Source: Thermoplasmatota archaeon
GTDB taxonomy: Archaea > Thermoplasmatota > Penumbrarchaeia > JASLWR01
Direction: 5' to 3'
Assembly: GCA_030740765.1 (NCBI GenBank)
Contig: JASLWR010000026.1
Coordinates: 17,222-37,221, forward strand
DNA: 20,000 bases
The notes below the pieces were generated by a model, which worked only from the letters and a program-made list of their open reading frames with translations, did not search any database and had not been told where the DNA came from. Positions 17,601-20,000 of this stretch are shown here, piece by piece (the first letter of the stretch is position 1; every line of letters starts with the position of its first letter). Both the position numbers and the translations under genes were made by a program.

Positions 17601-19404
17601 TTATCCAGACCCTGCTGTATCCCAGAAGATTCCATTCCTCGATCCAGTATTGCAATTCATTTTTGTCTTCGTCATAGAATCTAATGTCCTCACCGGCAGG
17701 CTTCGCATTCGAATGATCGAAATAAGTATTGTTGAATGGGACCATTATCTGAAAATCGGTAAGATTTTCCCCGGCGTACGTTATTTCGATAGATCTCTTG
17801 TATCTCCAATGATCCAACTTCACCTGGCCCTCCCCTATCGAGATTCCACGTAGTCCATCTATCTTTCCATCACCGAGAAAACTGTCACGCCATGTATTTT
17901 CATTTACCCATTCGACGCCCCAGGACCCAAATGTCGATCTCGAAGTACCGCCCCCGTTAAAGACGGCCTTCAACCGTATTTCTTTCTCGGTCAGGTTAGA
18001 TATATCGAGAATTTCTGATGAGATGTTTGCGAATCCAGGGATCGTAATGTTCGTCGAGGTATTCAAGATCGAAACGGTTATTTCCGAATTATTATGTTCC
18101 GTTTTGGCAAGGGTAAGAACCTCCCAGTGCATCTTTTGAGGAAGGCTTATGGATTCGGATATCATGAAAGAAGAGGGATTCTGTTCTTCCAATCCAAAAA
18201 TGGCCTCCGGATTCGGCCCGATCTTGCGAACCAGCACCCGGTCCACTGCAATATCCGAAATATCCGCATTCCCCGCTCTGGAACCGGTGAAAAACCCCAG
18301 CCAGATGTAGAAAGGACCTGACCATGTGCCAGTATAGGTATTCGTTGTTACATTATTCGAGTGGAAAGTGAGATTAGTATCCGTCAAGGTGTAACCCATC
18401 GTATGTTCCACGCCCTGTGCTGCAGTATACTGGGTTGCACCGGATATGATATCGTATGATGCTTCATTCCCCGAGCCCGCCCAGGCCATTATCCTCGGGT
18501 CTCCGTTCATATTCGTCATGAGATAGACCACTTTGTCCGAGCCCTCATTACTCCCTTGGGTTGAGTGGGTATTTCCTACGCACAGACCGGAAAAAGAGGC
18601 AAAATTATTCCATTTTACCTTTGCCTCGCAGATTCTCCCAGGTTGGGTGGATGCCGCATTATGGGAATACACTGCACCAGTAGTTACCGTCAAATGCCCG
18701 TTGTTAACGTAAGAGGAACCGGTGCTTTCCCATTTTGTATCGTTGTAGAATGAAAAATCGTCAAAAAAGTCGAAAACCGCAGAACCATCGCCACCATCCT
18801 CGGCTTCCGGACAACCATAATACATTTGGATCGTGGTGCTCCCTTCTGGGAGGTCGGGAATATTGATCCATATTGTGCTGTTACCGTCCTGGTTCCATTT
18901 TTCGATCCAGTGATGCAATTTCGTCCCGTTCTCGAGGGTAAAGCGAATATCTTCGCCATTGGGTTCTGCCTTTGTATAGTCGAATAAGCTTTCATTGAAA
19001 TATATCTTTACTTGAAAATCATAAAGATGACCGTCGTTGTTAACCAGGGTTATGGGTATGCGGTATGCCCGCTGACCCGACCTGGCAAAACCGTCTTTTA
19101 TTGTTACGTTTTCGATCCGCTCCAATCCACCAATATTATCGAAATCATCAAACCAGGACCCTCCTTGATCATCAGATTCCATCACGGGACCCCTGGTGTA
19201 CTCCATTCTATCGCCGGGAACGGGTACGGGTCCAATAATCTCCACTTCCGATTCTTCGTCGGAAATAGTCGATGGGATGTGAAGCAGTCCGATGAACATG
19301 TGGACAAGCAATAGCATGACCGTTCCCATGACTGCAACCCTGCTCAAATCATCAACTCCACCAATCATATTCATAAAACTCATCAAGTAGCCTGTATACA
19401 CCAA
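14677..19404 (-). CDS. Large membrane-anchored surface protein (about 1575 aa) with duplicated DUF2341 plus ConA-like modules, FnIII-like and CARDB-like domains, C-terminal TM and long Pro-rich tail
   Basis: Two DUF2341-like segments (YRIPITLVNNDGHLYDFQVKIYFNE...WINIPDLPEGSTTIQMYYGCPEAED and YKRSIEITYAGENLTDFQIMVPFNN...WINMPSIKTGTSIVWMYYGNPEVEG); FnIII-like PPLVELVAPMDRSVITENSVTLSWNATDIDNE...KKYYWYVIPHD; TM WLWTTLAIIFILVIIVILLLIIRR. Start codon uncertain (TTG 19404 or ATG about 19383). Confidence 0.8.
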   Translation of the reverse strand: MVYTGYLMSFMNMIGGVDDLSRVAVMGTVMLLLVHMFIGLLHIPSTISDEESEVEIIGPVPVPGDRMEYTRGPVMESDDQGGSWFDDFDNIGGLERIENVTIKDGFARSGQRAYRIPITLVNNDGHLYDFQVKIYFNESLFDYTKAEPNGEDIRFTLENGTKLHHWIEKWNQDGNSTIWINIPDLPEGSTTIQMYYGCPEAEDGGDGSAVFDFFDDFSFYNDTKWESTGSSYVNNGHLTVTTGAVYSHNAASTQPGRICEAKVKWNNFASFSGLCVGNTHSTQGSNEGSDKVVYLMTNMNGDPRIMAWAGSGNEASYDIISGATQYTAAQGVEHTMGYTLTDTNLTFHSNNVTTNTYTGTWSGPFYIWLGFFTGSRAGNADISDIAVDRVLVRKIGPNPEAIFGLEEQNPSSFMISESISLPQKMHWEVLTLAKTEHNNSEITVSILNTSTNITIPGFANISSEILDISNLTEKEIRLKAVFNGGGTSRSTFGSWGVEWVNENTWRDSFLGDGKIDGLRGISIGEGQVKLDHWRYKRSIEITYAGENLTDFQIMVPFNNTYFDHSNAKPAGEDIRFYDEDKNELQYWIEEWNLLGYSRVWINMPSIKTGTSIVWMYYGNPEVEGKSNGDAVFDFFDDFNGNSLDSSKWDFPDNTGWSVAGGRLKGTNNNGRILSKATFSNPIIQELKTRITTRAANGFQGAGFYSSNTNCFGYLCHPGGDWLRNEGAWVFLEGEHVGLNSWYNMRITAKTATLVNIDIENFDTGAGVYNRDFTNAVWNERVALGKRSDDWTPDQPYEAYWDYVRTRKFASVEPSITMGEENANPVPFINSVPISLPKNMLWSSLSLNKTEPGNVLINLSILDANNETIEGFDNLTDSTIDIDILNDMNISEIRLGIQYFGIGMKLPILNSWCVNWSEIFAPKLITEIADMEIQEDSTAVNILNLSAYYKDIYKDRAPSRFALEYVSDTRNISLALNGSLLHVIDLRTNWLGQLSVVVNCTNYYERSTLSNLFNISVVNVNDPPLVELVAPMDRSVITENSVTLSWNATDIDNELSELTYDIYFSDDPSAPLYKTGIAGVNYTIDSLEDGKKYYWYVIPHDREETGSCMNASYSFTVNTASLILLFPEDSAIVNATGIDLQWHVKNTNEAWKKYHIYLGGTSKDLLEINETYEEYFSLDLPNINDTYYWKIVAEIGDSNRTIESEVWSFTTIKVFVAVHKIELSFATDRVSGIKGINITVELNISNHGNVNEEVLIDIIGDLAGKVGHVQTILLAPGQQIYLTMDIRTESIQYAKVYLLKVRATYSGDAIEAELDVDISDKQTSDDVRSSAGWLWTTLAIIFILVIIVILLLIIRRSGKKRKEKGAADKELLESERNGEMKETTVKAAGFAAVESPPIYSSYAESSNRTLPGETYDDFSYHGGIIPPVPAESQRYDYRRTRTEPKRRLVGDHLPSTGTVEEKIIEPEIEVLPPKPIDRLESFLKSSQSESRMPLPQPEIDVPTLPESLSTVELNLPVVKAPEIFFSPSPALPDPPDEDTPAGSRKELAPEGVRFSMQTPLGSATPSPNMATGVDAF
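16655..17815 (-). repeat. Module copy 2 within the surface protein (about 387 aa)
   Basis: Runs from YKRSIEITYAGENLTDFQ to ISLPKNMLWSSLSLNKTEPGN...NSWCVNW; aligns in order with copy 1. Confidence 0.75.
17905..19069 (-). repeat. Module copy 1 within the surface protein (about 388 aa)
   Basis: Runs from YRIPITLVNNDGHLYDFQ to ISLPQKMHWEVLTLAKTEHNN...GSWGVEW. Confidence 0.75.
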
Positions 19405-19491
19405 TCATAATAACTCAATATTTTTTAACACTTTTGTTTGGTGATTTCAGCAAACTAACATGATTGAGGTGAGTGAAGCGTCAAAAAATTA

Positions 19492-20000
19492 TTATCGGAT
19501 CCGAAGTTTTTCCCTATCTTTTCCCATAACCACCACTCTCGACGCCCTCTGTTCGCCCAGTATCCTCAAACCGGTTCGGTCCGCCAGTTCCTGGGAGAAT
19601 TCCCGTATCTCATTATGCGAGGGCATGTTATCGATAGTCATCCGGTTGCGGGAATAGCCCACGAAGACGTATCCCTTGGGTTCCACGAAGTCCGGATCGG
19701 CCACATCAATAAGTGCTGCATATTCTTTTTCATATCCAAGGTTATAACCCTTGACCAACGTATGTCTTATAACGGTTCTGGTATCGAGAGAGGGAAGGAT
19801 GTTCAGTGTTTCCATCACAGAATCCCAGGATGCACTCTTCGCCATGGGAACGCATAATCGTTTGTAAATCTCCTCGTTGGGAGCATCCAAACTTACATAG
19901 AGCTGGGTGGGGAGGGGATCCAGTTCCTCCAGGGCCTCAGGCAGGGTTCCGTTTGTCACTAGAAAAGTGGTCATTCCCCGTTTATGGCACAATTCGATGA
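19492..20000 (-). CDS. taw1: 4-demethylwyosine synthase-like radical SAM protein, C-terminal part (runs off the right edge)
   Basis: IELCHKRGMTTFLVTNGTLPEALEELDPLPTQLYVSLDAPNEEIYKRLCVP...RTVIRHTLVKGYN...YAALIDVADPDFVEPKGYVFVGYSRNRMT matches the Taw1/TYW1 family. The frame stays open to position 20000. Confidence 0.85.
   Translation of the reverse strand, partial: IELCHKRGMTTFLVTNGTLPEALEELDPLPTQLYVSLDAPNEEIYKRLCVPMAKSASWDSVMETLNILPSLDTRTVIRHTLVKGYNLGYEKEYAALIDVADPDFVEPKGYVFVGYSRNRMTIDNMPSHNEIREFSQELADRTGLRILGEQRASRVVVMGKDREKLRIR

Noticed and set aside
14898-19314. Many 60-107 aa antisense ORFs within the 1575-aa surface protein gene
   Set aside because: Short shadow ORFs with low-complexity or odd composition; the - strand gene has clear domains and a continuous frame.

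Overview
This window looks archaeal. It carries a G1P dehydrogenase for archaeal lipids, a Taw1/TYW1-like radical SAM gene, QueD/QueC-type 7-deazaguanine genes, and a 23S-5S rRNA unit with a bulge-helix-bulge processing stem. The absence of an adjacent 16S fits a Thermoplasmatota-like genome, but that is inference. Layout from left to right: partial alpha/beta-hydrolase-like CDS (-); large FtsX-type ABC permease (+); an AT-rich accessory stretch (about 3560-6980) with a secreted protein, a multi-winged-helix protein that looks 5'-truncated, an unknown ORF, and a nucleotidyltransferase broken by a frameshift and an in-frame TGA; benzoate-CoA-ligase-like acyl-CoA synthetase (+); egsA (-), whose coding region extends past the ORF-track start to a probable non-canonical start; 5S and 23S rRNA (-); queD-queC (+); a short ORF translationally coupled to a 1575-aa surface protein with a duplicated DUF2341-type module (-); and a partial taw1 (-). 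I found no CRISPR array and no intact mobile element. The best candidates for follow-up are the secreted-protein/multi-wHTH locus with its palindromic promoter, the broken nucleotidyltransferase with its neighbour, the BHB pre-23S stem, and the duplicated receptor-like surface protein.
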